Assembly (NCBI RefSeq): GCF_006345805.1 | Contig: NC_043016.1 | Location: 15,438,001-15,502,000, forward strand | DNA: 64,000 bases | From: Octopus sinensis | Taxonomy: Eukaryota | Reading direction: 5' to 3' | Shown here: positions 13,514-27,400 of the stretch, piece after piece | Position numbering within the stretch: the stretch's first letter is position 1 | Layout: each line of letters begins with the position of its first letter | Notes under the pieces: model-generated | Databases searched by the model: none | What the model was told of the DNA's origin: nothing | Seen by the model: only the letters and a program-made list of their open reading frames with translations | Translations under genes and position numbers: made by a program

Positions 13514-14487
13514 TACAACTTTTAGAGAAAATGTAGAGACCAGTAGAACGCTGTCTGACTTAACCCTAACCCTTCAAAAAGTTTTGTCAGCATGTGTTAC
13601 TTTTCACTTGTTTAGAAGCTTTCAATATTTGCCAGAGTGAAAAAAGAAACTTGTTGATAATGATAAAGAATTCTATAGGTATTTTTGTATACTTGTAAAG
13701 ATCTGAGGTTTGTGTAATAAACATTCATATAAATTCTTGTCACACAAAGTTTTACAGCTGGATGTACTACTAAGCACTAAACACTAAAAAAGTACATAAA
13801 ACAGGATCCATCACTGTGGTTAGGTTCACAGGAATGAGTAGAATGGTGGGTGTATCTAGCCATGTTACCTAAGTGAGAAAAACCCAAAGGACAGTATGTA
13901 CATGATTAGCTATTATAGAAGTACTCAAATGACCTGTTTTGAGTGCAATGATCTGTTTTGTGTGAAATGAGGAAGATCAGCAGCCAAGTCGTTAAAGGCA
14001 GGTAAAACATTTTCAACTTGAGCAAATCAGAGTTGTGGGTCTTCTGTAAGATAACAACAGAATCTGAGGAAAATTTTCTGAAGCTCTATGCTCTAAACAT
14101 TCAATATTTCTTCTTCTTATAGCAATATTAAGATTAAGGGTTAGATTTACTGAAATGATCAGTATTTCCACTAAAAATGGAGAATAAAGTACATAAAGTG
14201 TAAATTCTTAAGACTCATAACAAAATAATTCTCGTAGGTCTTAAACCATTTACTGGTACTCTAAAACCTGCTTGTACTTTGAAACCTATTTGAGCATCAT
14301 ATTTTTCATATGCTTATACCATCATATCTAAACTGATTAACATATCTCACAGACTTTTTCATTTTCCCGAGCGTCAAACCATTACACCTGCTTGTTGCTC
14401 ATACACCTGTCTTTGTCTGTTGTTTTTCTGTAAATTTCAACTACATATCTCACATATTTATAAAATACAAGAGAGAAGAATACTAAC

Positions 14488-14598
14488 ACTGAAGCATTTG
14501 AATTCAACCAATTTCCCAATAAGAATGTGTCCAAGAAGAAAAGGAGTAATTTTTTCAAACCATTTGTTCCATAAATTCCATTCATTTTCTGATATGTC
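14488..14598 (-). CDS. HHAT: HHAT-like coding exon 3
   Basis: Acceptor tttatttcttttag, donor gttagt; 111 nt, phase 0/0. DISENEWNLWNKWFEKITPFLLGHILIGKLVEFKCFS aligns by eye with HHAT DATDFEWSFW...LLGH. Confidence 0.92.
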
Positions 14599-14744
14599 CT
14601 AAAAGAAATAAAAGACTTGTTAAGCATAAAGTTCTTCTATATTGAGACATATGTTTGAAAGTATGTGAAAGCAGGAGGAAACAAAGCAATTAAATCAATG
14701 ATCCAAGGTTGGCACAGCAGGCCATCCTGCGAGCCATGGACTCA

Positions 14745-17130
14745 CTTCCTTTGTCAGGTCTTTGAAGTCACAGCATATCTTCAGAGGTCTCGGACTTTAA
14801 TCATTGCCTCTGTGAGACTCAAAGTACGAAGGTCATGCTTGACCACCTCGTCCCATGTCTTCCTGGGTCTACCTCTACTCCGGATTCCTTCAACAGTTTG
14901 GGAGTGGCACTTCTTCACACATCTCTCCTCGTCCATCCTTAGTACATGACCATACCAATGCAATCGTCTCTCCTGCACATTGCATCCAATTTTTATGTCT
15001 AGCATTTCTCTCAGGGTGCTTACACTCTGTCGTGCATGGACGCTGACATTACACATCCAGCAGATCATGCTTGCTTCATTTCTTTCAAGCCTACACATGT
15101 CCTCCACAGTCACAGCCCATGTTTCACTGCCATGAAGCATGGCAGTTCACACACGTGTCATACAATCTACCTTTCACTCTGAGCGAGAGACCCTTTGTCG
15201 CCAGTAGGGGAAGAAGCTTCCTAAACTTTGCCCAGGCTATTTTTATTCTAGTGGTAACACTCTCTGAGCATCCGCCCCTGCTACTGACTTGGTCACCTAG
15301 GTAGCAGAAACTATCAACTCCCCAAGGAGTGTAATTGAATCTGTTTTTTGAGTATCAGTAATGTCTATTGCCCCTGTGCATCTGCCGCACACAAAAGCTA
15401 TCATCTCTCTCTCTCTCCCTCTTTTACTTGTTTCAGTCATTTGACTGCGGCCATGCTGAAGCACCGCCTTTAGTCGAGCAAATCGACCCCAGGACATATT
15501 CTTTGTAAGCCCAGTACTTATTCTATCGGTCTCTTTTGCCGAACCGCTAAGTGACGAGGACATAAACACACCAGCATCGGTTGTCAAGCAATGCTAGGGG
15601 AACAAACACAGACACACAAACACACACATACATATACATATATATACATATATACGACGGGCTTCTTTCAGTTTCCGTCTACCAAATCCACTCACAAGGC
15701 ATTGGTCAGCCCGGGGCTATAGCAGAAGACACTTGCCCAAGATGCCACGCAGTGGGACTGAACCCGGAACCATGTGGTTGGTTAGCAAGCTACTTATCAC
15801 ACAGCCACTCCTGCACCTCTCAGTTAATTTTCCTTTGATATTGCTGCACCTCTTATGTGTCCATAGCTTACAATGGGTACATCTTATGGAGTTTCTACCT
15901 ACACCTTTTCTTCAGATCGAGCAGGGCCACCTACTTGAGGGGGTGTGTGGTGAGTTTGCCTTCCTACTTACTAGAACTTTGGTCTTTGCTACATTGACTC
16001 TAAGGCCTTTTGATTCTAAACCTAGCTTCCACACCCAAAATTTCTTCTCTAGTTCCGTTAGCAATTCTGCTACGAGGGCTAGGTCATCAGCATAGAGACG
16101 CTCCCAGGGACAACCTGTCTTAAATTCCTCTGTTATTGCCTGGAGGACTATGATGAATAGAAGGGGTTGAGGGCTGAGCCTTGGTGGACGCCAGCTTCTA
16201 CCTGGAATTCGTCACTGTACTCATTGCCTATCCTAACCTTACTAACAGCCTCTCTGTTAAGGGCCTGTACAGCCCTTATTAACCTTCGTAAATCTCCAGT
16301 TTCTGCATTGCCCATGAGATAAGGGATCGGGGGACCCAGTCAAAGGCTTACTTCAAGTCCACAAAAGCTAAGTATAGGGGTTTATCTTTGGCTAGGTATT
16401 TCTCCTGCAGTTGTCGAACCATGAATATAGCATCAGTGGTGCTTCTGCCAAGCAAAAAACCAAATTGCATCTCATCTAGTCTAACTCTCTCCCTAATTAG
16501 TTGGGCTATGAACCTCTCCGTGACATTCATTACCTGATCCAGCAGTTTGATACCCCTGTAGTTATTTCTATCTAGAGCATCACCTTTACCCTTGTAGCAG
16601 TTGACTATGGTGCTGCTACGCCAGTCACTGGGTATGACTCCATCATGAACTACTTTTACAATGCAGGTGACTAGGCCGTAGCCCACACCACCAGATGTTT
16701 TACGCATCTCAGCAGTGATTGCTGATGGGCCGGGGGCTTTTCTTGGCTTCATACCCTTAATTGCCTTAACTACAAGGGAGCTGTCTATTCAGATAGCTGG
16801 TCCTTCTACTGGGTCAACATTTGGCAGGCTCTCCTCCTCCCATTCATTTTCCACATTCAGCAGTCTTCCATAATGGCTTCTCCAAACCTCTTTCTTTTCA
16901 GAAACATTAAAAGCAAGTGCACCATCAGCCATGCGGACACATTTCTCTCGTATGACATCACAATTTTCTCTCACACACTGTCTTGCAATCTGAAATACCT
17001 CAGTTCTTTGGTCCTCACGTCGCTGGACATTGGCAAACTTCTTTTCTGCTTCGCTCTTGGCTATGTATACCTGCCGCCCAGCCTCCCTTTTGGCTACCTG
17101 GTACAGTTCCCTGCTACCCCTGTTTCTTTA
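14745..17130 (-). mobile_element. RTE LINE RT region (interrupted by SINE A copy 3)
   Basis: KAPGPSAIT, NYRGIKLL, QFGF..GRSTTDAIF, LAFVDL, LHGSETWA motifs in ORFs 16348-16752 and 14781-15140. Confidence 0.92.
15415..15817 (-). mobile_element. tRNA-derived SINE family A, copy 3, nested in an RTE LINE
   Basis: Same family; interrupts RTE coding sequence that resumes on both sides. Confidence 0.9.
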
Positions 17131-17169
17131 ATCTAACGGCCTTGTCTACCATATATACAAATATACATA

Positions 17170-17369
17170 TTTGTGCGGGTGGCACGTAAAAAGCACCCAC
17201 TACACTCACGGAGTGGTTGGCGTCAGGAAGAGCATCCAGCCGTAGAAACACTGCCAGATTTGACTGGGCCTGATGAAGCCTTCTGGCTTCACAGACCCCA
17301 GTAGAACCGTCCAACCCATGCTAGCATGGAAAACGGACGCTAAATGATGATGATGATGATGATGATGAT

Positions 17370-17370
<1 letters not shown>
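17170..17370 (+). mobile_element. RTE 3' tail fragment
   Basis: GGAAGAGCATCCAGCC...CCATGCTAGCATGG...(GAT)n followed by (TA)n. Confidence 0.85.
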
Positions 17371-18410
<1,040 letters not shown>

Positions 18411-18524
18411 TTTAAAAAAATGTTTTAGCCCGAAGGCGCGGCCATGCTGGGGCACCACCGCTGAATGAGCTACACTAGTTTGTGAATCCACCTCTGATAC
18501 GTGGCACTTGATCAACAAGGGAGT

Positions 18525-18527
<3 letters not shown>

Positions 18528-18575
<48 letters not shown>

Positions 18576-19489
18576 CCACATATTCACATATATCTATATA
18601 TATACATACATACACACATATACATACACATATATATATATATACATACATATACATATATATATACATATATTACATATATATACACACATACCTATGT
18701 ACATACACACAAATACACATATACATACATATATATACATATATGTATACACACTCGCACATATATATACATACACACATATACACATGCATATACATGC
18801 ACACACATTTTTATTTCCTTATTTTAATTTTATTATTACTTTTGTTTATATCTTTATTTTTATCTTGACCTCGGTCAGCCGGTCTCAAGGGATGGTCTCT
18901 CTAAAGAGTCCATTTATCTATCTACTCACTGCTACAAACGCAAACACTCACTCACGCCCACACACTCACACGTACACTCATACCCATACACACACGCACG
19001 TGTTATATTCATACATACATACATCTACATACATTCACGTATATTCACATACGTACACGTTCCTACTGATTCATATCTACACGCATACACATACATACCT
19101 CAATACACCCACAGAAGACTAGTCCATACATATACACTAATAAATATATATACACATATACACATACACATACATACACATACATACATATATATATATA
19201 TATACATATATATACATATACATATACATACACATATACATTCATACATATATACACATACACACATATATATATATGCGTACACATACACACACACACA
19301 CGCGCATCTATATATACACAAAAGTACATACATGCATAAATGTATACATATGTTTATACATATACGTGCAGTTACCCATTATACAGACGGATACATACAT
19401 ATAAACATACACATATATACCTATTTACACATATGTATATATACATACATACATACACACATAACTCTACATACCTACATATACAATAT

Positions 19490-19549
<60 letters not shown>

Positions 19550-19550
19550 A
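18528..19550. repeat. Compound (TA)n/(CA)n/(TACA)n low-complexity region
   Basis: Direct observation; small non-repetitive islands near 18830-18960. Confidence 0.95.
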
Positions 19551-19852
19551 TTTATTTAAAAGCAGCAGAAAATTTCAAATAAAGGTTACAAACCTCATTA
19601 AGGGATAATAAATTCCAATGAATATACTGGTTTATTACCTATTACAAGAATTATTGAATACTACAATTAGTATTCAACTGTAAGGTAACTGGATAAACCA
19701 GGGTTATATATTTTTAAGAAAATTAGAAAATACGGAGATAATTAAATTAATAACTATTTATTAATTATAATATCCGATTTTATAATTAATAAATAATTAT
19801 TAATTTCATTATCTCTCTATTTTCTTATTTTCTTAAACATATACATATATAT

Positions 19853-20309
19853 CATCATCATCATCATCATCATCATTGTTTAACGTCTGCTTTCCATGCT
19901 AGCATGGTTTGGACAATTTGACTGAAGTATGGCGAACCAGATGGTTGCACCAGGCTCCAATCTTGATCGGGCAGAGTTTCTACAGCTGGATGCGCTTCCT
20001 AACGCCAACCACTGTGAGTGTGTAGTGGGTGCTTTTACGTGCCACCGGTACGAGGGCCAGTCAGGCAGTACAGGCAACAACCTCGCTCGAACATTTTTTC
20101 ACGTGCCAGTAAAGCAATGCTGGTAATGATCATGTTTGATGGTGCTTTTTACGTGCCACCGGCACGGAAGCCAGTTAGCCACTCTGGCAACAATCATGGT
20201 GCTCTTAGCGCTCCACTAGCATGGATGCCAGTCATCAAATTTGATTTCAATTTCACTTGCCTCAATAGGTCTTCGCAAGCAGAGTTTAGTGTCCAATGAA
20301 GGAAAGGTA

Positions 20310-20310
<1 letters not shown>
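19853..20310 (-). mobile_element. RTE 3' tail fragment
   Basis: (ATC)n then reverse-complement tail with three GTGCCACCGG-type subrepeats. Confidence 0.85.
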
Positions 20311-20350
<40 letters not shown>

Positions 20351-20405
20351 TTCCTCTATAATATATTTCTTTGTATAAGCGCAAGCAAATTTATTCTCAT
20401 TCCTA

Positions 20406-21220
20406 CGTGGCCTGATCAATAAGTATCCGGACTTTTGCCATAGTAATGAAGCTAAAGCACACAGAGTTAAGCCACTTGGCACAGATTGACCTTGAGTTCT
20501 GTTGTGCACGCACACTAAGTTTTAACGTTCTAGCTCACTTCCCCTATTTACAGCAGTGCCTGGAAGGGAGGTGTGTAGCATGTGATTGTCACATTGATAA
20601 TAACAGAAAACTTGGCAATACCTGCTCAGAGGCCTATGCAAAGTTTTCAATAAGTTTTCATTATTTTCGACACAATCAAGATCTTGTGCAACTGAAACCC
20701 ATGTGTCTTTTTGGTCAGTTGAAAGCAGTTTTGGCACAAACTTAGTAGACATATGTCTCATACCCAAATCTTCAGTGATAGTGGACTGAACTGAACCGTA
20801 ACTAATCTGCACATCCTCTGATAACTCACAGATGGTGATTCTATGATTTCCTCTCACAGCTGCATGTACATCTGCAATGTTTTTCTCAGTTCTTCTGGTT
20901 GCAGGTCTCCCAAAACGTTCATCAATATTGACATTTCTTCAGCCATCTAAGAAACATTTGAACCCTTCATACACTTGTGTGCAACTCAAGCACTCCTCTC
21001 CATACACTTTCTGCAACTCTGCGTAGGCCTCTCAGTAAGTATCACCATAACAACTTCCTCTGTCATTACGATCACACACTACACACCTTCCTTCCAAGCA
21101 CTGCTATAAACCGTGGAAGTGAGCTAGAGTTCAAGGTCAATCTGTATCAAGTGGCTTCACTCTGTACGCTTTAGCTTCATTACTATGGCAATAGCACAAA
21201 TACTTATTAATTAGACTGCA
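20406..21220. mobile_element. Mariner derivative with two inverted 5' ends and HTH remnant
   Basis: TA-flanked CGTGGCCTGATCAATAAGTATCCGGACT TIR; ~230 bp inverted arms; ORF 20522-20857 RITICELSEDVQISYGSVQSTITEDLGMRHMSTKFVPKLL. Confidence 0.85.
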
Positions 21221-21379
21221 TACATTACTGAAAATACATCTTATTTATAAATATAAATATTTATAAATATAAGTTTCCATATTTCCTTTTTAAAATATAT
21301 ATTTCATTTAAAACATTCAAGCTCCTGTGTTAATAAATATATAAAAACTTTCCCCAAATATTCTAATTTCTAGCTTTTG

Positions 21380-22465
21380 TATGTGGAAGATGCACAGGTA
21401 CAATAAACGCTGAAAATAGACTCCGTCAACTACCAGAGAGTTAAGCTAGAGATAGTAGATAGCTTCCATTGTCTAGCTGACCAAGTTAGTAGCAGAGGTA
21501 GATGCCCAAGAGCACAGCTGTTAGAATAAGATTAGGCTGGGCAAAGTCCAGAGGGCTCCTACCCCTGCTGGCAACAAAGCCCTCTCTCTCAGAGTTAAAG
21601 GTAGACTGTATGATGCCTTTGTGCTAACAGCTATGCTGCCTGGCAGTGAAACATGGGCTGTGACAGCCGAGGACATGCGTAAGCTTGAAAGAAATGAAGT
21701 CAGTATGCTGCGCTGAATGTGCAATGTCAGTGTGCATGTTCGACAGAGTGTAAGCATCTTGAGAGAAAAGTCAGGTATAAGAAGTATCAGATGTGGTGTG
21801 CAACAGAGACAACTGTACTGGTATGGTGATGGGATGCATATGGATGAGGACAGCTGTGTAAAGAAGTGCCGATCTCTGAGGAGGGAACCTGTGGTCGAAG
21901 TAGAGCCAGGAAGACATGGGATGAAGTGGTGAAACATGATCTTCGAACTTTGAGCTTTACAGAGCAATGATTAGTGACTGAGACCTATGGCTAAGTGCTG
22001 TGCTTGAGAGGACCCATCAAGCCAAGTTCACCCATTCTGGTGGCACATAAAGTTCACCTTTCAAGAGTTGGGCCTCATGGAGGCAAAGTGGCTGAGTTCC
22101 TTTCGAGTATTGGGCCTCATGGAAGTAATAACCAAGACCTTAGGCATTATGTCGTGCTTCAGAAGAAGACTCATCAAGCTGAGCAAAATCATAGTCATGG
22201 CAGATACTGGCGTCATGCAAATTGGCACCCATGGTGATGACACATAAAAACAACTTGGTGTCATGCAAATGGCATCTGTGCCAGTGGAACATAAAAGCAT
22301 CCACTACACTCTCGAAGTGGTTGGTGTTAGGAAGGGCATCCAGCCATAGAAAACTATGCCAAATCAGACTGGAGTCTAGTGCAGACTTCCAGCATGCCAG
22401 CCAGATTAAACCATCCAACCCATGGCAGCATGGACAATGGACATTAAATGATGAAGATGATATAT
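21380..22465 (+). mobile_element. 5'-truncated RTE LINE
   Basis: RT C-terminal remnant (GSETWAVT) plus 3' UTR and tail; first ~500 bp nearly identical to 49618-50126. Confidence 0.9.
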
Positions 22466-22652
22466 ATATATATATATGAATACACACACATTTGTGTATG
22501 TATTCACACATAGGTTCATGATCCAATGCAAGTTATAGATCATAGATCAACATAGGCTTAAAATCCATTTATGTTCTTATTTTATTTTATGTATACATAC
22601 CTGTATCAAAAACATCCCGAACTAGTTTTGTAACATGCCAACAGATGGCAGC

Positions 22653-22900
22653 ACAAGACCTGAAATTTTGGGGGAAGGAGCCAGTCGATTAGATCAACCC
22701 CAGTACGCAACTGGTACTTAATTTATCAACCCCAAAAGGATGAAAGTAAAGTCAACCACGGTGGAATTTGAACACAGAATGTAAGGACAGAGGAAATGCT
22801 GCTAAGCATTTTGCCCAATGTGTGCTAATGATTCTTATTCCTTTACTGCCCACAAGGGGCTACATACAGAGGGGACAATATGGATGGGTCAAATACTGCA
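22653..22900 (-). mobile_element. SINE family B copy plus partial second unit
   Basis: Homology to 5400-5600 and to the CACAAGGGGCTA unit at 29140. Confidence 0.75.
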
Positions 22901-23173
22901 CTTGTTACACAAGTTATGGCACAGTGAATAGGAGTGAGAGTCAGAGTTAGTTTTCTCAAATTCTGCAATGTCTTAGTTCAATGACCCCCCCCCCCCAACC
23001 ACTTCATAAAGTACATATATTGGGATTCTGTTTTTCATGCCACCAACACTAGTGAGGTTGCCATGTATCCCAAAAGGTGAAAAAGCCTGAACCACTGAAA
23101 GAAATAATGGTAAAGACTTTAGATGAGGTGTTGGGGAAAGTTACACATGACAGAGGGAGAATGGTGACTTTAA

Positions 23174-23379
23174 CCTTTTAGCATTTAAACTGACCATATC
23201 CGACCAAAATGTTCTACTTGTTTTATTATTTAAACTGGCCTGATCGAGCCTTTCACACCTACCCAACAATGTTATCCTAAAAATAAGTAATCACATCATC
23301 GAAATTTCAAAGCTATGAGATAATATAGGATGAATTCAAAAAGCATTACATTCGAAATGGTAATCTGAATGGCAAAGGG
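23174..23379. mobile_element. piggyBac-type MITE family 1, inverted older copy
   Basis: Reverse-complement homology to 3281-3462; TTAA / TCAA flanks. Confidence 0.75.
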
Positions 23380-24063
23380 TCAAGAACCAACAGAAAATAG
23401 ACAAGAGCTGTCTTTCCTTCTCACAAACATGAATGAGTTCATGTTTAATATGACTTGAAACAGAGTCAATATATAACGAAATAATACCTGTTAAAGTGAT
23501 CATATAAAAGAAAATTCTGCCATCTCTAAATACGCTGCGGTTTTAGAGAAAAGCAACTCATCCAAAATGAAAAGAAGAGAACATAGTGAAAGACCCAGGG
23601 AGGAAGGCATCAAAGGTATCAAGCATGCCCTCCTACACCTTTCTTCAAGGGGAAGGTGTGTTAGCAGGAGTGGTAGATTAGGGTTAGGGCGAGAGTCGGA
23701 GTGTAGTGTGTAGTAGAGGAGAGAATCTATGCTTGTGAAACTAAACTTAACTGAACAGGTGCAGGAAATAGCATATTTTCTAAACAATGAAACTTATAAT
23801 GACAGAATTGTAAAAGGGTAAGGGGTATTAAGTCTACTTTGAGTTGAGCACCGGTCCAACAAGTGCCACAATAGAAAAGTGAATTGATGAATGAATGAAT
23901 GGGTGGGTAGGTATAGAGAGACAGACAGATAGATAGATAGGTAGACAAACAGACTAATAGATTTAGATATATAAATACACACACACAATACATAACTGAC
24001 AACCACATGAAAAACATTGTCCTGAAAAGATATTTTCTAGTAAAAAAAAATATGAACCAAATA

Positions 24064-24452
24064 CAGTGTTAGCTCGAAGTATGAGTTTAATTTGTTCCAT
24101 GACTGAGCTTGTCTTACAATTTATTTGTTTCACAAATGAATTTTTGCCACTGAAACTAACTAAAATATAATTAATTCATTCCAGCTCACAAAAAAAGAAC
24201 ACTCAAAAATGGTTTTTTATGGGTTTTAAAACAGAAATGGTGTAGTTAGAAACAAAATGACAATTATAAAAAAGAGAATGCAAAAGAAATATGTCAACTG
24301 GTTTTATTAACTGAATTACCTTAAAGAGGGGATGATTTGTGTTCTTGTACTGCAGATCTCTGCTTGTAATTCAAGGTAAAAATTTGCACAAGTCTTGTCT
24401 CAGACAGCAAATTACTCGTACAATGGAGCACACGTACTGTGAGGTTCTACTG
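24064..24452. mobile_element. Probable pogo/Tigger-like MITE
   Basis: TA|CAGTG...CTACTG|TA termini with degenerate TIR. Confidence 0.45.
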
Positions 24453-24697
24453 TATTAACATTGTGTTCCCTCTGTCAATCACCACATTTCACTCTATACT
24501 TTTGATTGATTGGAAAAGTTAAGCATCCAACTTTTCTGAATCTAAACATTCACACACATACTGACACACATATACAAATACACAAACACACAGATATGCA
24601 CTTATTCACACACTCAAACCTATGGTGTATGCAGGGTCGACAAACATACATTGCCATATACATTTAGACACAAAACATTGTATAAAGAAATGAACAA

Positions 24698-25107
24698 GCA
24701 AGTGTGGCTAAGGCATTTGCTTCCTAACTATGTCATTCTGGGGTCAATCCTACTCCATAGCACTGAGTACAAGTGTCTTCTACAGAAATCTCTTCTGAGT
24801 GGATTTGGTAGATAGAAACTGAAAGAAGCTTGTGGTGTATATGTGTGTGTGTGCGCATGTGTATGTGTGTGTCTCTTGTCTGGTCACTGTGTGATAATAG
24901 TGAGTGTCAATGCCATGCATACAAGCTGTGTCATTCATCTCCAATGTTGTGCAAAAACATGTCTGACCATAGGGAAACAAGTGAAGGTTGGTGGCAGGAA
25001 AGGCATCCAGCCATAGAAAAGTCTGCCTCAACAAATTCCATCTGACCTATGCAAGCATAGAAAAATGGACATTAAAATGATGACGATGATGACGATGATG
25101 ATGATGA
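24698..25107 (+). mobile_element. Modular SINE: family-A-like tRNA head plus RTE-type 3' tail
   Basis: 5' half matches the family A head and body; 3' half has GGCAGGAAAGGCATCCAGCC and GGACATTAAAATGATGACGATG like the RTE tails. Confidence 0.7.
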
Positions 25108-25329
25108 ATGTGCACATGTGTGCACACACAAACACACACATGCACATATATATATACTCAGATAAGTTTCAGCCAGAGCTGGCCTAGGCCATGACTAACT
25201 TAATAGGACCATCTGGAAAAGACACTTAATGATGTTTCATATTACAATTATTCTTTGGTCACTGTAACACATTCAAGTAAAGAGTTATTGTTTGCAGAGA
25301 TATATCCGGGTGGTTCATCTGGAGATATT

Positions 25330-26040
25330 TGTTGGAGATATTCATCCAGGACTTGTTTGAAAGTTATGAGATCTTTTTCTCTTCTTGTGTGTCTTGGCTA
25401 TGAAGTTAAAGAGAGCAGGGCCAATTGAAAAGAAATAATTCTGTCTTAGTGTTGTGATGTAACATGGGCATGATTTTTGTGGAGGATGAATGGCATGGGG
25501 ACCAAGCCTAGGGAAAATTCTAAGGTTAATGCCAACACTATTTGGGCAGTGCTCTTGGAATATTTTCCCTATCATACAAATGGCATAGCACTTCTCATCA
25601 TACAGATGTTGTATCATTTGTATGATGGGGAAGATATTCCAACAGCACAGCCCAAATGGTGCTGGCATCAACTTCAAAATTTACCCAAGGTTTGGTATGA
25701 TGTGGAACAAAGTTCAAGTTTCTTGAGCCAATTCAAATAATCAAGAACTGTCATGGTATTTATTATTCTTTTTGAGACTGATTTCTGGGTTGCTTCAATT
25801 TTTATATTTCCTTCATGTAGGGAGACCACGACAGACAACCATATTCAAGTTGGGGATGAACAGAGACGAGAAGCATAATTATAGGAATGTTTCTAGAATC
25901 AGAAGCAAGTCCTGAGAATCCAGGAGCATGCCCTGCAGGCCATGATGACCTTGGTGGTTTTGTGGACATTCTAGCTTAAGTTGTTGTTAATGCTACTTTG
26001 AGGTCCCTAGTGGTGATTGATACCACAAAGTTTTCACCTG
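25330..26040 (-). mobile_element. Old LINE RT 3' remnant (CR1/L2 group)
   Basis: QNYFFSIGPALFNFI C-terminal RT motif. Confidence 0.55.
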
Positions 26041-26849
26041 AGGGCAGAATATATGATGTGTGTATGTATAAATACACACACACATATATTGATGTATACA
26101 CACATATATACACCTAAACAAATATATATTTATAAGCACATAAGGACATAAATATAGTAACTAGTAAAACAGTAACCATATATCTACTTGTAATTGAAAA
26201 CAGTACACTGGGATAACAGGCAACTGGGTGTGTGAGTGTACCAACATAAAACCTGGTAACTGATAGTGGAAACATATACAGAATAAAATCATACATATCT
26301 AAGCGAATATAAATCCATAACTGTATGTGTGAACAGAGTTAGGTATATATGCACAATGGGTTTTAAAAGTAAAGGAAATTATCTAATGGAAAAGTTAGTG
26401 GGTTTACAATGTAGTTGGGTTCTATATGTCCAATGTTTGCAAGAGACTATTATTTATTTAATATTTATTTAATATTTTAAAGAGTAACAATTAGTAGGAT
26501 TAATCTATGCATAAGTGGCATAGTTTATTGTTGTTTTGGTGAAGTTTGGTCTTTGAAAGTATTTTCCTTCAAATGTTGGAATATTTCAGAGACTATATGT
26601 ATTTAGATAACAATGTCATAGTTTTTATATTTTGGTTATTGAATGAGTGCATGTGTTGAGTAAGGCAGCATTTAAATGAGTTTATTGTTAGTCCTACATC
26701 TGAGAAAGACAGGCAAGAGTGTTTGTTACAGCAGAGTAGAAGTTTGGCACCAGCACTAGTGAGGTCACTTTGCATCTTGCAAATCTATAAAAACCCTAAA
26801 GTCCCCCACAAAAAATAGTTAATACATGAGAGATGAATTTTGATGATTT

Positions 26850-27400
26850 TTTTTAATTATATGACAAGAGAGGATGAATAATGACAAAAGAAAAAGATTA
26901 AAACGAAAGAGTTGTAATGGAAAGTAACAGAGTAGACACTGTTGGGAGAGGAAGAGTGAAAGGGACAGACAAAAAGGGAAGGGATTTGGGTCAGGAGTTA
27001 ATGAGAATGAGAGGGACTGAGTAGTGAGAGCGGTGAGATGAATTGTGTAGGAGGAATCCACTGCTATATCCGATTATAAGTCTGTGAGAAGTTAACATAG
27101 TGAGATAGAGATGGCAGAGAACAAGGATTCAGACAGAATCCTTAAAGAAAGGAAATGTCAAAAGGGATTGTCGGTTAGTAGGAAAGAGAGAGAGCTGAGA
27201 GGGTGTGAAGGTGGCAGAGAAAAAGATACTGAAGGGTGCCATCAATAGTGGTGGAAAAGCAGAGGATGAATGCAGCAAAAGCGTCCTGGGTGTGGAGGCT
27301 GTGGAGAGAGGAGAGTGAAAGAGAAGCGTAAAGATGGAGGATAGATACAGCAAGAGCACCCCAGCCATCAACATTCTCCTTTTTACTGTTCTTTTGATTA
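26850..27400 (-). mobile_element. Old LINE remnant
   Basis: Degenerate similarity to 7900-8200. Confidence 0.35.
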
